Source: Pirellulales bacterium (GTDB lineage Bacteria > Planctomycetota > Planctomycetia > Pirellulales > JAICIG01). Taken from it: a DNA stretch of 64,000 nt. The notes under the pieces were generated by a model. That model did not search any database. It was not told the DNA's origin and saw only the letters and a list, made by a program, of their open reading frames with translations. Location of the stretch: assembly GCA_040901675.1 (NCBI GenBank), contig JBBDYJ010000031.1, forward strand, positions 249,220 through 313,219, given 5' to 3'. Positions within the stretch are counted from its first letter, which is position 1; each line of letters begins with the position of its first letter. Of the stretch, positions 39,538 to 49,762 are shown in pieces. The position numbers and the translations under genes are program-made.

Positions 39538-41766
39538 TCAGTCTTTGAATATGAACTCGGGGGTATTCAGCAAGGCCCACAACAGGTCTTCGGCGGCCTC
39601 GCGGCGGCTGCGTTCGTCGAAAACCGAGACGGCCGCCTGGGCCTCGTCGGCCGCGGGGTAACGGGCGTAGACCAGCAGGTAAAGCTCTTCGACGATCTCG
39701 GCGGGGGTCTTATCCGAGGCGGCCAGCGCGGCGGCGCGGCCGGCGTCGCTGATGACTTTGGCGTGCAAGCTGGGGGCATTCATCATGTGCAGCGTCTGGA
39801 CCACGGTGGTGTCGGGAGTGCGCTCGCAGGGCGGATCCTGGTTCTCGTCGGGCCGCCCGAAGGCGTCGAGGAACAGCGAGCCGACGCGGTGCGTCCAGAT
39901 CTCCATTGCCCGCGACTCGGGCGGCATGGCGGCGAAGGTCTCAGGAACCTGCGTGATATCGCAGATGGCGTCCAGCAGCACCTCGGCCCCCAGCCGCTGC
40001 CGGTAGTGGCGGGAGTAACTGCGCGTGTCGGCCACGTTGCGTTCGTTGGCCAGTGACGACAGGCCATACACGTACGAGGTCATCATGGTCCGCAGCAGCG
40101 CCTTCTGGTCGTAGCCGAGCCGGCGGAACTCGTCGGCCAGGGCCGCCAGCAAGGCCGGGTTGCTCGGCGGGTTGGTGGCCCGCAGGTCGTCGACGGGGTC
40201 GACCAGGCCGCGTCCCATCAGCTCCGCCCAGATGCGGTTGACCGCCGCGCGGGCGAAGTAGGGGTTGTCGTCGGAGGTCATCCAATCGGCCAGTGCCTCG
40301 CGTGGATCCTCGCCCGGCTCGACCGGCCGGGCCTCGCCGAAGAGCGGGCGGGGATCGAGCAGCTCGCCGGTGAGCGGGTGGGCGACCGTGCCCTTGCCGC
40401 CGTGGAAGACGATCTCCTCGCCGCCGGAGATGGGCGGCGAGAGGCCGGTCCCCTTGCGCTCGATCTGGGCGAAGTAGGCGGCGAGACTGTAAAAGTCTTT
40501 CTGGCCCCAGACCTCGAAGGGATGCTGGTGGCACTTGGCGCATTCCAGCCGGATGCCCAGGAAAAGTTGGCTGACGCTGGTGGTGATCTCGTCGGGGCCG
40601 CGGCGGTCGCGGAACAGCGTGACGGCGCCGTTGCGCCAGGTGCTGCCGCGGGCGGTGACCAATCGGCGCACGAACTGGTCGTAGGAGAGGTTGCGCCGAA
40701 AGGCGTCGCGCAGCCACTCATCCAGGCTGAACGTGGCCTTGATGCCGACTCGGTAGGGGTTGGGCCGCAGCAGGTCGGCCCACTTGTTGGCCCAGTAGTC
40801 GGCGTACTCGTCGCGCTCCAACAAGGCATCGACCAGGCGGTCTCGCTTCTGGGGATCGGCGTCGGCAAGCCAGGCGCGGACTTCGCCTGGGGTGGGCAGC
40901 CTGCCGATGGCGTCGAGGTAGACGCGGCGGAGGAAGGTGCTGTCGGCGGCGGGCTCGCTGGGCGTGACGCCCATCTGGGCCAGCTTCCGCCACACCAGTT
41001 CGTCGATAAAGTTGTGCCGCGGCAGCGAGTCGTACACCGCCCTGTCGACCGGGTGCGGCAGCGGGATGGCGGTGTCCCACGTGGCGATCTGGCCCATGTA
41101 GCGGGCCATGATCGTGGCCTGGCCGGGCAGCTCGCCGGCCGCCACGCGCCCCTCGCGGCCCACGGCGGCAATGGCCGCCTCGCTCGACTGGAAGTCGGCC
41201 AGCGCAGTCACGTCGCGCGTCGAGCCGTCGCTGTAGCAAGCGGTGACGGCGAGCTGCTCTTCGTCGCCTTGGGTCATCACGCGCTGGCTGGGCGAAAGTT
41301 CGATGCGGACCAGCTCGGGGTCGTCCGGCCGGTTGCGCGGCATGCCGGCCACGATCCAGGCGCCCAGCGTGGCATAGTGCGGGCTGTCGGGCGGCAGTCG
41401 TCGGCCGCCGCCGTGCGGCACGCGTGCGGCCGCTTTGCGCAACAGGAGGCTGTTGTCGGGTGCGGCGGGAAACAATCGGCGCCCGCGGGCGTCTTTGACG
41501 ATGGCGGCATAGTCGAAGTCGGGGTCGAACCCCAACAGCGACAGCGCAAAGCCGTTCTGGCCGCGCGCCTTGCCATGGCAGGCGCCGGCGTTGCAGCCGG
41601 CCGCCGTGAGTATGGGGAGCACGTCGAGCTCGAAGCGGGGAGTGCCGTCCAGGGGATCGGCATCGCCGACCGGCGGCCTGGTGTCCGGGCTTTCCGCCCT
41701 TACCAGCCCAGCGCACCAGAGCGCCGCCGCAAGCAGACCCAACCATGAAACGAGGTGGCGCGGCAT
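39538..41766 (-). CDS. DUF1549/DUF1553 protein with Ig-like domain and CxxCH
   Basis: CNAGACHG, FLRRVYLD.IG.LPT, FLG.R.ECAKCH.HP, GRGLV.PVDD and EDLLWALLN..EF motifs. Confidence 0.93.
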   Translation of the reverse strand: MPRHLVSWLGLLAAALWCAGLVRAESPDTRPPVGDADPLDGTPRFELDVLPILTAAGCNAGACHGKARGQNGFALSLLGFDPDFDYAAIVKDARGRRLFPAAPDNSLLLRKAAARVPHGGGRRLPPDSPHYATLGAWIVAGMPRNRPDDPELVRIELSPSQRVMTQGDEEQLAVTACYSDGSTRDVTALADFQSSEAAIAAVGREGRVAAGELPGQATIMARYMGQIATWDTAIPLPHPVDRAVYDSLPRHNFIDELVWRKLAQMGVTPSEPAADSTFLRRVYLDAIGRLPTPGEVRAWLADADPQKRDRLVDALLERDEYADYWANKWADLLRPNPYRVGIKATFSLDEWLRDAFRRNLSYDQFVRRLVTARGSTWRNGAVTLFRDRRGPDEITTSVSQLFLGIRLECAKCHQHPFEVWGQKDFYSLAAYFAQIERKGTGLSPPISGGEEIVFHGGKGTVAHPLTGELLDPRPLFGEARPVEPGEDPREALADWMTSDDNPYFARAAVNRIWAELMGRGLVDPVDDLRATNPPSNPALLAALADEFRRLGYDQKALLRTMMTSYVYGLSSLANERNVADTRSYSRHYRQRLGAEVLLDAICDITQVPETFAAMPPESRAMEIWTHRVGSLFLDAFGRPDENQDPPCERTPDTTVVQTLHMMNAPSLHAKVISDAGRAAALAASDKTPAEIVEELYLLVYARYPAADEAQAAVSVFDERSRREAAEDLLWALLNTPEFIFKD

Positions 41767-41887
41767 CGTTCGGCAGACCGTGGGAGGCGGGATGCTGGGG
41801 GGACCCCATTCTAATAAACGGCTGTCGATGCATCAACCTTGCATGAAGGTCCTTATTTCGCCGGGCATGCCCGTGCCACGGGCACCC

Positions 41888-42331
41888 CTATTCAATCAGA
41901 AACGTCGTTTCCTGAACCAACTGCTCGGCGATGTAGGCCAGGCACCGCGCGGGCGGCCGGCCCAGCACGCTTGCGGCCAATGCATGCCGGTCTCGCCGCG
42001 GCAGCGGAACGTGGCGCAGCACAATGCGGCCGCCACGCGCGACGACGCGGGCAAGCTCTCGCAGGGCTTCACGAGTCAGGGGTGTTCGCTCCACGATCAC
42101 CAGGTCCACGCTGTGGTCGGCCAGGGGGATCGCCTCGGCCCGGCCGAGAATCAGCCGCCCAATCGCCAGACCCTTGCCGGGACCAACCGTCTTGACGTGG
42201 CTGAGGTTCAGGTTCCAGGCTTGCGGGTGCCGGCCTTCCCCGCCGACGTCGAGAACCATCGGAAGCGGTCTAGCCGGCTCGCCGAACTCGACCCGCCGAT
42301 CCAGCGGTGTGCCCAGCGACTTGCAATTCAA
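41888..42331 (-). CDS. small SAM-methyltransferase-like protein
   Basis: VLDVGGEG, AE.IPL.D.SVD.V and EL.RV...GG.I motifs. Start uncertain. Confidence 0.65.
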   Translation of the reverse strand: MNCKSLGTPLDRRVEFGEPARPLPMVLDVGGEGRHPQAWNLNLSHVKTVGPGKGLAIGRLILGRAEAIPLADHSVDLVIVERTPLTREALRELARVVARGGRIVLRHVPLPRRDRHALAASVLGRPPARCLAYIAEQLVQETTFLIE

Positions 42332-42488
42332 GATCCGACCTCCCTGGTCTTGCCGCCGCCGTCTGCTTGAGCAAACGCCCCGGCGCGCGTGCCACTGGCA
42401 CGAGGGGCGTCACCTCGCTAGGCAATGACAGTATCATATCCTCCGGGCGATGCACCAACCTGGCCCGCTGCGAGGGCGCGGGGGCGGT

Positions 42489-42700
42489 ATGGCAAACACA
42501 ACGGCCTCGAGCCAAGAGGCCGACTTATCTGCCGACGCAACGGTTCTTTCCGGTGCTCTGCACATCCACGTCGCTTTCGACTGGGGCGACGAGGTCGACC
42601 TGGCGCAGGCCCAGCAGCTTGCCCCGTCGAGGTTGAGGGCCTTGACGCGGCGTCCGCGCACGCCTTCGTCGATCGCCTATCGGCCGCCGGCAGCCGCTAC
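42489..42700 (+). pseudogene. 5' remnant of a conserved hypothetical gene (possibly RMD1/DUF155-like)
   Basis: LHIHVAFDWGDEVDL...RRPRTPSSIAYRPP reads like a protein N-terminus and then breaks off. Family assignment is from memory only. Confidence 0.45.
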
Positions 42701-42743
42701 GATCGACACGGGGTCGCCAGGAAGGCCGGATAGAATCGACGGC

Positions 42744-42968
42744 ATGGACCCGAATCCTTACAAGTCGCCTGAATCGGAAGGTTCACCAAGCAAAGGCAGC
42801 CCTTCGGAGCTGACTTGGCGCGCAATCCTTGCATTGGTGGTGCTCGGTTATGTTCTCACGCTCGTAGGCGGCATCTTCGTCGAGCACAGGTTCGACCCAT
42901 GGTACGGAGTTGTTGGCGGCATTTCCGTGCTGCTCACTTTGGTCTTATTTCGGTTCCGGCATCGCTGA
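42744..42968 (+). CDS. small 2-TM protein (NPYxSP N-terminus), probably leaderless
   Basis: TAGAAT-N7-ATG; MDPNPYKSP followed by two hydrophobic segments. Confidence 0.6.
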   Translation: MDPNPYKSPESEGSPSKGSPSELTWRAILALVVLGYVLTLVGGIFVEHRFDPWYGVVGGISVLLTLVLFRFRHR

Positions 42969-43000
42969 TCGAACAACCCCAAGCTTGGAGGACTGACCGC

Positions 43001-43426
43001 ATGAAGACGCGACCTATCCAATTCAGCATTGCCATGCTCCTGGCACTGACCGGGCTCGTGGCGGTTACCGCGTGGGCACTCGTTAGTGAACCGACGATGG
43101 CGACCGGCGCCGTGCTAACGCTGTTGATTCTTGCCTACGCGGCCCTGTCAATCACGGGCTGTATGAGCGCAAAAGGAGACGGCAGGACATTTTGGATCGG
43201 CGTGGCTACTTGTTCGTTATTTGTTGTGTATTCGATCGGTTTCTGGGCCACCGCCGGCGAGGAAAGTCTTGACGACGTCTTTACTCAGGTACACAGGTTT
43301 CGCAGCACCCTTGCCCTCTTATGGGGCAGCATGATCCCAATCGGCCTTCTTTGCGTTGCGTTCCGCTGGCTGTTGCTCCGTGGCGCGGAGAGGGACGGTC
43401 AAGAGACGTTGGATCGCACGTTATGA
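43001..43426 (+). CDS. 4-TM hypothetical protein (QFSI..LL N-terminus)
   Basis: GGAGGA RBS and four hydrophobic segments. Confidence 0.7.
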   Translation: MKTRPIQFSIAMLLALTGLVAVTAWALVSEPTMATGAVLTLLILAYAALSITGCMSAKGDGRTFWIGVATCSLFVVYSIGFWATAGEESLDDVFTQVHRFRSTLALLWGSMIPIGLLCVAFRWLLLRGAERDGQETLDRTL

Positions 43427-43761
43427 TGATTTGATTACCAACCGTTGCTGCAAAACATAGACCCCGCGCAAAGCGCGCGGTTTTTTCGTTGGCCAAATTG
43501 CTTGCGATCAGCCGGCAGGCGTGGTCCATAGGGGTCGGACGGGCGATCACAGGCCCCTATCGCGATGAAGCACTACCTGCAGGTCACGGATGCGGACTTT
43601 GACCTGGCAACCTAAGGCGGCGCAGAATCCGGCGCACAGGCGGTGCAGCGGGCGCACGCCGGGAGCCCCGGGGAGTCACACAAAACGACGCAAGCCCATG
43701 ATAGGTCACGGGCTTGTGCGAATACCGGCGATGACCGGCGAAAAGCTGCGAAAGCAAAAAA

Positions 43762-43848
43762 CGGAGAGGACAGGATTCGAACCTGCGGACCAGTTTCCCG
43801 GTCACGGGTTTAGCAAACCCGCGCTTTCGACCACTCAGCCACCTCTCC
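43762..43848 (-). tRNA. tRNA-Ser(GCT), CCA not encoded
   Basis: GGAGAGG acceptor stem, CGGGT-TTGCTAA-ACCCG anticodon arm, long variable arm, GGTTCGAATCC T-loop. Confidence 0.98.
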
Positions 43849-44199
43849 AAACGGTCGAAGTGCAACCCGGCCAAACCAGCCAACGCCAAGCCAAGCGGCC
43901 GGCCGCACTCTACGCGAATTCTAGGCATTCGCCCGCCTCCTGCAAGGGATCTTCCACCCCACCCGCCCCCGCCCGCCATGGCCCCAAGTGACGAGAATCT
44001 GCCGAGAATGCGGGCGCAGCGGGCGGCGGGCGGACCGCGGGAAGCGGATTGTACGGCCCGTGCCGCCCAGACCCGCCCCGCCCCCCAAATTCCTTGCAAA
44101 TTCGGCAGGCGACAACCGGACCGCGCCGGATTAGAGTTGTAATAGCGCCCGAATTTCTGGCGAATCCGGCTTCACTAGCTAATAAGAGGACTTCCCGCG

Positions 44200-45849
44200 G
44201 TGAACACTCGTTGTTGCGTCTGGCTGCTGGCGGCGATCGGTTGGTCTTGCCTCGATCGCCCGCTTTGGGCCGCCGACCTCAACGAGCGTAACGAAACCGC
44301 GGCCGCCACCGACGCAGGCCGACCTGACGCCGGCCGGGCTGGCGCCGATGCGGACGGTCTGGCCGGGGCCCAGGCGGCACGCCTGGCCAGTGCCCGCCTG
44401 GCGGCCCTGGAGTCGATCACGGCCGAGGACATCCAACGGCACGTCGAGGCGCTGGCCGACGACACGTTCGAAGGCCGCGAGGCGGGCAGCCGGGGCGGCC
44501 GGGCGGCGGCCGGCTACCTGGGCCGCGAGTATCAGAAGAACAAGCTGGCCGGCGGCGGCACGGGCGGCGGCTACTACCAGGTGTTCGGCCCGCAATACCG
44601 CAACCTGCTGGGCCTGCTGCCTGGCAGCGATCCGCTGCTGGCCGACGAGGTGATCGTCGTGGGGGCCCACTACGACCACGTGGGCTACGGCAACGCGACC
44701 AACAGCTACGGCCCCGTCGGATACATCCACAACGGGGCCGACGATAACGCCAGCGGCACCGCGGGGCTGCTGGAGGTGGTCGAGGCGCTGGCGAGCATGG
44801 AGAGCAGGCCGAAGCGGTCGATCCTGTTCGCGCTCTGGGACGGCGAGGAGAAGGGACTGCTCGGCTCGCGGCACTGGGTCAACGAGCCCACGCTGGCACT
44901 GGAGCGGGTGACGATCATGCTCAACATGGACATGATCGGCCGCCTGCGCAACGATCGGCTGGAGGTGTACGGCATCCGCAGCAGCCGCGGCCTGCGGCGG
45001 ATGGTCAGCCTGGCCAACAGAGACTCGAACCTGGTGCTCGACTTCCAGTGGGACATGCGGGAGGACAGCGACCATTTTTCGTTCTACGACCGCGGCCTCC
45101 CCGTGCTGATGCTGCACACCGGGCTGCACGAGGACTACCACCGTCCCGGCGACGACGCGGAAAAGATCAACCTGGCGGGCGCCGAGCGCGTCGGCCGCCT
45201 GCTGTTCAATATGCTGATCGATTTGGCCGATCGTCCGGACATCTCCGGCTTTCGCCAGGCCTCGCACAGCGAGTCGGCCGCCGCGCGCCGGGCGCTGGAG
45301 CGGCCGCTGCCGCCGCTGCCCGGCCGGCTGGGGATCACCTGGGATCTGAAGATGGACGCCGAGGGACGCGGCCTGTGGGTGACGCGCGTGGCGGCCGGTT
45401 CTCCCGCGGCGCTGGGGGGCATCCGCCCCGGCGACCGCATCGTGCGGTTCGACGGCCGCCCGGTCGATCGCGGTGCCGCGTTGCGGGCCATGGCCCTTGC
45501 GGCCGAGAGCCCGGTCGAGGTGAGCCTCGTGCGAGCGCCTGCCAGCGAGCCGATTGAGCTGAGCTTGCAGTTGCGCGGCGACCCGGTGCGTTTGGGCTTG
45601 TCGTGGCGGGCCGACGATGCCGAGCCCGGCAGCGTGCTTTTGACGCGCGTCGTGCCCGACTCGCCCGCGGCGCGGGCCGGCCTGCGGGTGCAGGACCGCA
45701 TCTACCAGGTATCGGGCCAGTCCGTCGCGAGCAGCGACGAGTTGGCTCGCCTCTTGCTCGAGTCGGGTGGTCCCGTCGAGCTGGCCGTCGAGCGGCAGGG
45801 CCGCGTGAGCAGCGTGCTGTTGCCCCCCTCGGGCTTTGCAGGCGAGTAA
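44200..45849 (+). CDS. M28 family metallopeptidase with two PDZ domains
   Basis: GAHYDH, GADDNASG, GEEKG, NMDMIG, SDH and YH motifs; two SPA..G...GD.I PDZ motifs. Confidence 0.93.
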   Translation: MNTRCCVWLLAAIGWSCLDRPLWAADLNERNETAAATDAGRPDAGRAGADADGLAGAQAARLASARLAALESITAEDIQRHVEALADDTFEGREAGSRGGRAAAGYLGREYQKNKLAGGGTGGGYYQVFGPQYRNLLGLLPGSDPLLADEVIVVGAHYDHVGYGNATNSYGPVGYIHNGADDNASGTAGLLEVVEALASMESRPKRSILFALWDGEEKGLLGSRHWVNEPTLALERVTIMLNMDMIGRLRNDRLEVYGIRSSRGLRRMVSLANRDSNLVLDFQWDMREDSDHFSFYDRGLPVLMLHTGLHEDYHRPGDDAEKINLAGAERVGRLLFNMLIDLADRPDISGFRQASHSESAAARRALERPLPPLPGRLGITWDLKMDAEGRGLWVTRVAAGSPAALGGIRPGDRIVRFDGRPVDRGAALRAMALAAESPVEVSLVRAPASEPIELSLQLRGDPVRLGLSWRADDAEPGSVLLTRVVPDSPAARAGLRVQDRIYQVSGQSVASSDELARLLLESGGPVELAVERQGRVSSVLLPPSGFAGE

Positions 45850-45870
45850 AGACAGAAGTCGGGAGCGACC

Positions 45871-46040
45871 ACACTAACCCGACGCGCCAGCGAGAGGCCA
45901 GTCGCCCCAGCGACCACGTCCTCGACCTGACACGGCTAACAGGGCTCCTCAGCTTGGACGCCTCTCGCTGGCGCGTCGGGTCGTTGCACGCTCCTCGTGT
46001 GCTCGGGATACGCCTCTCGCTGGCGAGAGCGGGTTAGTGT
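45871..46040. repeat. REP-like cluster (one forward and two inverted ACTAACCCGACGCGCCAGCGAGAGGC)
   Basis: Copies at 45871-45898 (+), about 45960-45985 (-) and about 46012-46040 (-). Confidence 0.8.
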
Positions 46041-46080
46041 TACCACGCTTCGAAGCGCTAGCCTCTCCAAGGGTGGCCGA

Positions 46081-46460
46081 ACTCCTGGTCCTTGACTCCT
46101 GGCTCCTGACTCCTGATCCTTGACTCCCATGCCGTGCTGCAAGTCCGCCTCTGGAGGATCCCCTGGTCTCCTTGTCGGATTCTCGTCCTTCTCCCGGTCC
46201 CCTATTCGCTGTACGCTGTCCCCAGGTGGGCCGGCAAGGCACCATCTTCGGAGCGAGCGGAGCAGGTTGGTGGCGATGCTCGACCGGGCGAAACCCGACG
46301 CTGCAAGGGAGGAAAGATTGTTCGATGGTTGAGGTGCTCGTGCTCGACGTCGGTCCTCTCGCCATGTCGCTGGACCTCTGCCTTCTGACCTCTGACCTCT
46401 GCCTTCTGACTCCTGACTTCTGATCTCTGACTTCCGACCTCTGACTTCTGACCTCCGCCT
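46081..46460. repeat. 7-mer tandem arrays (ACTCCTG-type and YTCTGAC-type) bracketing a degenerate spacer
   Basis: About 7 units at 46081-46129 and about 12 units at 46376-46459. Confidence 0.85.
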
Positions 46461-46472
46461 CCCGCGCGCTCC

Positions 46473-47189
46473 ATGAAACTGTCCCTGATGATCACCTGCA
46501 TGGGCGACGTGCTGCGCCCGGAAGTGGGCCAGGCCACGGTGCGGCTGCTGCGCAAGCTGGGGCACGAGATCGAGTTCCCCGAGGACCAGACCTGCTGCGG
46601 CCAGCCGTTTTTCAACAGCGGCTTTGCCGACCTGGCCCGCCAGCAGGCCAGGCACACGATTCATGTTTTCTCCGATCCGCGGCCGGTCGTCGTTCCCTCC
46701 GGCTCGTGTGCGGCCATGGTCAAGCTCGAGTATCCGCACCTGCTCGAGGGCGACCCCGAGTGGCACCCGCGGGCCGTCGAGCTGGCTGAGCGCACGTTCG
46801 AGCTGGGCGACTTTTTGGTCAACCAGCTCAAGGTGCTCGACGTGGGGGCCCGCTACCAGGGCCGGCTGACCTATCACTATGCCTGCCACCTGCGCGGGCT
46901 GGGGCTGACGGGCCACGTCGAGCAACTCATCGAGCACGTCGAGGGCGCCACGCTGGTGCCTTTGCGGCATCTGGACCAATGCTGCGGGTTTGGCGGCTCG
47001 TTCTCCATCCGCTATCCGGAGATCTCGACCGCCATGGTCAGCGACAAGGTGCGCTGCATCCTCGAGACCGAGGCCGACGCCGTCGTCTCCACCGACCTCG
47101 GCTGCCTGGTGAACATCGGCGGCCGCCTGCACCGGCAGGGCCGCGAGCTGGAGGTGCTGCACCTGGCGGAGCTGCTGGTCAAGGAGTGA
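46473..47189 (+). CDS. lutA: CCG-domain Fe-S protein (LutA/YkgE family)
   Basis: QTCCGQP..NSG, PSGSC..M, YH.ACH..R, CCGFGG.FS and D.GCL.NI.G motifs. Confidence 0.88.
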   Translation: MKLSLMITCMGDVLRPEVGQATVRLLRKLGHEIEFPEDQTCCGQPFFNSGFADLARQQARHTIHVFSDPRPVVVPSGSCAAMVKLEYPHLLEGDPEWHPRAVELAERTFELGDFLVNQLKVLDVGARYQGRLTYHYACHLRGLGLTGHVEQLIEHVEGATLVPLRHLDQCCGFGGSFSIRYPEISTAMVSDKVRCILETEADAVVSTDLGCLVNIGGRLHRQGRELEVLHLAELLVKE

Positions 47190-47360
47190 GGAGGGGGAAG
47201 GCAGAGGGAGAAAGGAGGAAGGAGGTACTTGGCACTTGGATTATGGTGCTTGGCACTTGGCACTTTGGGGCTTTCCTAAGTTCTAAGATCCAAGTACCAA
47301 GATCTGCCTTCGGGGTCGCCGCTGTTGCAGGCAAGTGCCGCACACCGGACAATGACCGGC

Positions 47361-48368
47361 ATGGAAGCATTCGAGCCAAATGAGCCGAGAAAACGGCGGT
47401 GGCGCTGGCGCCAGTATAGCCTGTCGACGCTGCTGGTCGTCGTGACCATCGTGGCCGTGGGCCTCGGCCTGGTGACCAGCCGTGCCGAGCGGCAACGGCG
47501 AGCGGTAGCGGCTATACGCGAGGCAGGGGGCTACGTATGGTACGACTTTGAGCGTGGCCAGCCCGGCAGTAAAACACCGCCGCCGGGGCCCGACTGGCTG
47601 CGGCCCATTCTCGGCGTGGACTATTTTGCCGACGTGGTGGGGGCTTCGGCATCGCGCATGACCGACGCGACATGCTCGCACTTCAGCGCGTTGCCGAAGT
47701 TGGAAAACTTGAGCCTGGGCAACACGCAAGTCACCGACGCCGGGCTCGCCCACTTGGCGGGGCTGACGAGCCTCAAGGAGCTTGACCTGAGGGGCACACG
47801 GGTCACCGGTACCGGACTTGGGCACCTGACGGGGTTAACCCGGCTACAGGCGCTGTTCCTGGATGGCACGCCGGTCACCGATGCCGGCCTTGCGGATCTG
47901 GGCGAGTTGACGAGTCTCCAGAGACTGGGGCTGTCCGGCAGGCAGGTCACCGACGCGGGACTGGCGCATCTGGCCGGGCTGACGAGCCTGCGTGAGCTGA
48001 ACCTAAACAACACGCAGATCACCGATGCCGGCCTGGCGCAGTTGACCGAGTCGACAAGCCTGGGATGGCTGGCCCTCAATAACACGCAGATCACCGACGC
48101 GGGACTTGCGCATCTGGCCGCGATGAAAAGCCTGTGGCGATTGGACCTGAATGACCCGCAGATCACCGACGCTGGACTTGCGCATCTGGGCAGGTCGACG
48201 ACGCTGGAAGTGCTGCAACTGCATGGACCGCAGATCACCGACGCCGGCCTGGCGCACCTGGCCAGGCTGACGAGCCTACAAAGCCTTAGACTCCGTGGCA
48301 CGCAGGTCACCGACGGGGGTTGCGACAGGTTGCGGCAGGCCCTGCCTGGGTGCTCCGTTGGGCACTAG
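47361..48368 (+). CDS. membrane-anchored leucine-rich repeat protein (24-aa repeats)
   Basis: QYSLSTLL plus TM, RQRRAVAAI, PGPDWLR..LG.DYF, and about 9 LxLxxTQVTDAGLAHL repeats. Confidence 0.9.
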   Translation: MEAFEPNEPRKRRWRWRQYSLSTLLVVVTIVAVGLGLVTSRAERQRRAVAAIREAGGYVWYDFERGQPGSKTPPPGPDWLRPILGVDYFADVVGASASRMTDATCSHFSALPKLENLSLGNTQVTDAGLAHLAGLTSLKELDLRGTRVTGTGLGHLTGLTRLQALFLDGTPVTDAGLADLGELTSLQRLGLSGRQVTDAGLAHLAGLTSLRELNLNNTQITDAGLAQLTESTSLGWLALNNTQITDAGLAHLAAMKSLWRLDLNDPQITDAGLAHLGRSTTLEVLQLHGPQITDAGLAHLARLTSLQSLRLRGTQVTDGGCDRLRQALPGCSVGH

Positions 48369-48469
48369 AGCAGCCGACAGGGGAGAAGGCAGAAGGAGGC
48401 GCTTAGGACTTGGGGCTTGGATCTTTGGATCTGTTGCAGACGCATTCCGCAGCGCGGACAATGTCCGGC

Positions 48470-49711
48470 ATGGAAGTATCCGAGCCAAAGAGGCCCAGGA
48501 AGCGGCGGTGGAGCTGGCGGCAGTACAGACTATCGACGCTGCTGGTCGTGGTGACCATCGTGGCCGTGGGCCTCGCCCTGGTCGTCGTTCCCGCTGAACG
48601 GCAGCGGCGCGCGGTAGCGGCGATCCGCGAGGCGGGGGGCTCGGTATTGTATGACTTTGAGTATGACTTTGAGCGTAGCTGGCCCAGGGTCAAAACACCG
48701 GACGACCTCCCGGGACCCGACTGGCTGTGGCGGATTGTGGGCGTGGACTATTTTGCCGACGTGGTGCGGATTTTCGCATCGGACATGACCGATGCGACGT
48801 GCTCGCACTTGAGCGCGTTGACGAGCCTCGAACACTTGGACCTGGGTGACGCGCACGTCAGCGACGCCGGCCTTCCGCATCTGGCCCGACTGCCGAGGCT
48901 GAAGAAGCTGTACCTGAGTGGCACGCAGGTGACCGACGCCGGCCTTGCGCACCTCGCCGGGATGACGAGCCTCGAAGATCTGTGGCTGCACGACACGCGC
49001 GTCACTGGCGCCGGGCTGGTGCACCTCGCCGGGCTGACGAGCGTGAAAGAACTATTGCTGGAGAACTGCCAGGTCGCCGACGCAGACCTGAAACATCTAG
49101 CCGGGCTGACGAGCCTTAAAAGCCTGCACCTGAGTGGCACACAGGTGACCGACGCCGGCCTTGCGCACCTCGTCGGGCTGACGAGCCTGGAAGGCCTTTT
49201 CCTGAATGGCACGCAGGTCACCGATGCCGGCCTTGCGCATCTGGGCGGACTGACGAGACTGCGATGCCTTTGCCTGCGTGGCACGCAGATCACCGATCCC
49301 GGCCTGGCGCATTTGGACCAGTTGACGAGCGTGTGGTGGCTGGACCTGACGGGCACGCAGGTCAGCGACGCCGGCCTTGCGCATCTGCGCGGGCTGACGA
49401 GCCTGCAATGGCTGTGGCTGGGCGGCACGCAGGTCGCCGACGCCGGCCTTGCGGACCTCGCCGCGCTGACGCACCTAACAAGGCTGGACCTGCCGAGCAC
49501 GCACGTCACAGACGCTGGCCTGGCGCATCTGGGCGGGTTGACGAACATGGAAAGCCTCGACTTGACCGGGACGCAGGTCACCGACGCTGGACTAGCGCAT
49601 CTGGCGGGGCTGACGAGCCTAATAATACTGGATCTGAGAGGCACGCAGGTCACGAAAGAAGGTTGCGACAAGCTGCAACAGTCCCTGCCGGCTTGCCGGA
49701 TTGTTCGCTAG
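48470..49711 (+). CDS. membrane-anchored leucine-rich repeat protein, tandem paralog
   Basis: Same N-terminal module as the upstream gene, with about 12 LRRs. Confidence 0.9.
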   Translation: MEVSEPKRPRKRRWSWRQYRLSTLLVVVTIVAVGLALVVVPAERQRRAVAAIREAGGSVLYDFEYDFERSWPRVKTPDDLPGPDWLWRIVGVDYFADVVRIFASDMTDATCSHLSALTSLEHLDLGDAHVSDAGLPHLARLPRLKKLYLSGTQVTDAGLAHLAGMTSLEDLWLHDTRVTGAGLVHLAGLTSVKELLLENCQVADADLKHLAGLTSLKSLHLSGTQVTDAGLAHLVGLTSLEGLFLNGTQVTDAGLAHLGGLTRLRCLCLRGTQITDPGLAHLDQLTSVWWLDLTGTQVSDAGLAHLRGLTSLQWLWLGGTQVADAGLADLAALTHLTRLDLPSTHVTDAGLAHLGGLTNMESLDLTGTQVTDAGLAHLAGLTSLIILDLRGTQVTKEGCDKLQQSLPACRIVR

Positions 49712-49762
49712 GAGGAAGGCAGAAGGAGGAAGGCAGAAGGAGGAAGGACAGGTGCTTGGTGC

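Noticed and set aside
36753..41748. Long plus-strand ORFs (625, 693 and 456 aa) and similar antisense ORFs elsewhere
   Set aside because: Shadow frames of high-GC genes on the opposite strand, with no recognisable motifs.
25480..43761. One tRNA-Ser-anchored integrative element spanning the whole region
   Set aside because: No integrase and no second copy of the tRNA 3' end was found by eye.
47361..49711. Diversity-generating retroelement acting on the LRR genes
   Set aside because: No reverse transcriptase and no template/variable pair differing only at adenines. The 72-nt periodicity is ordinary LRR coding.
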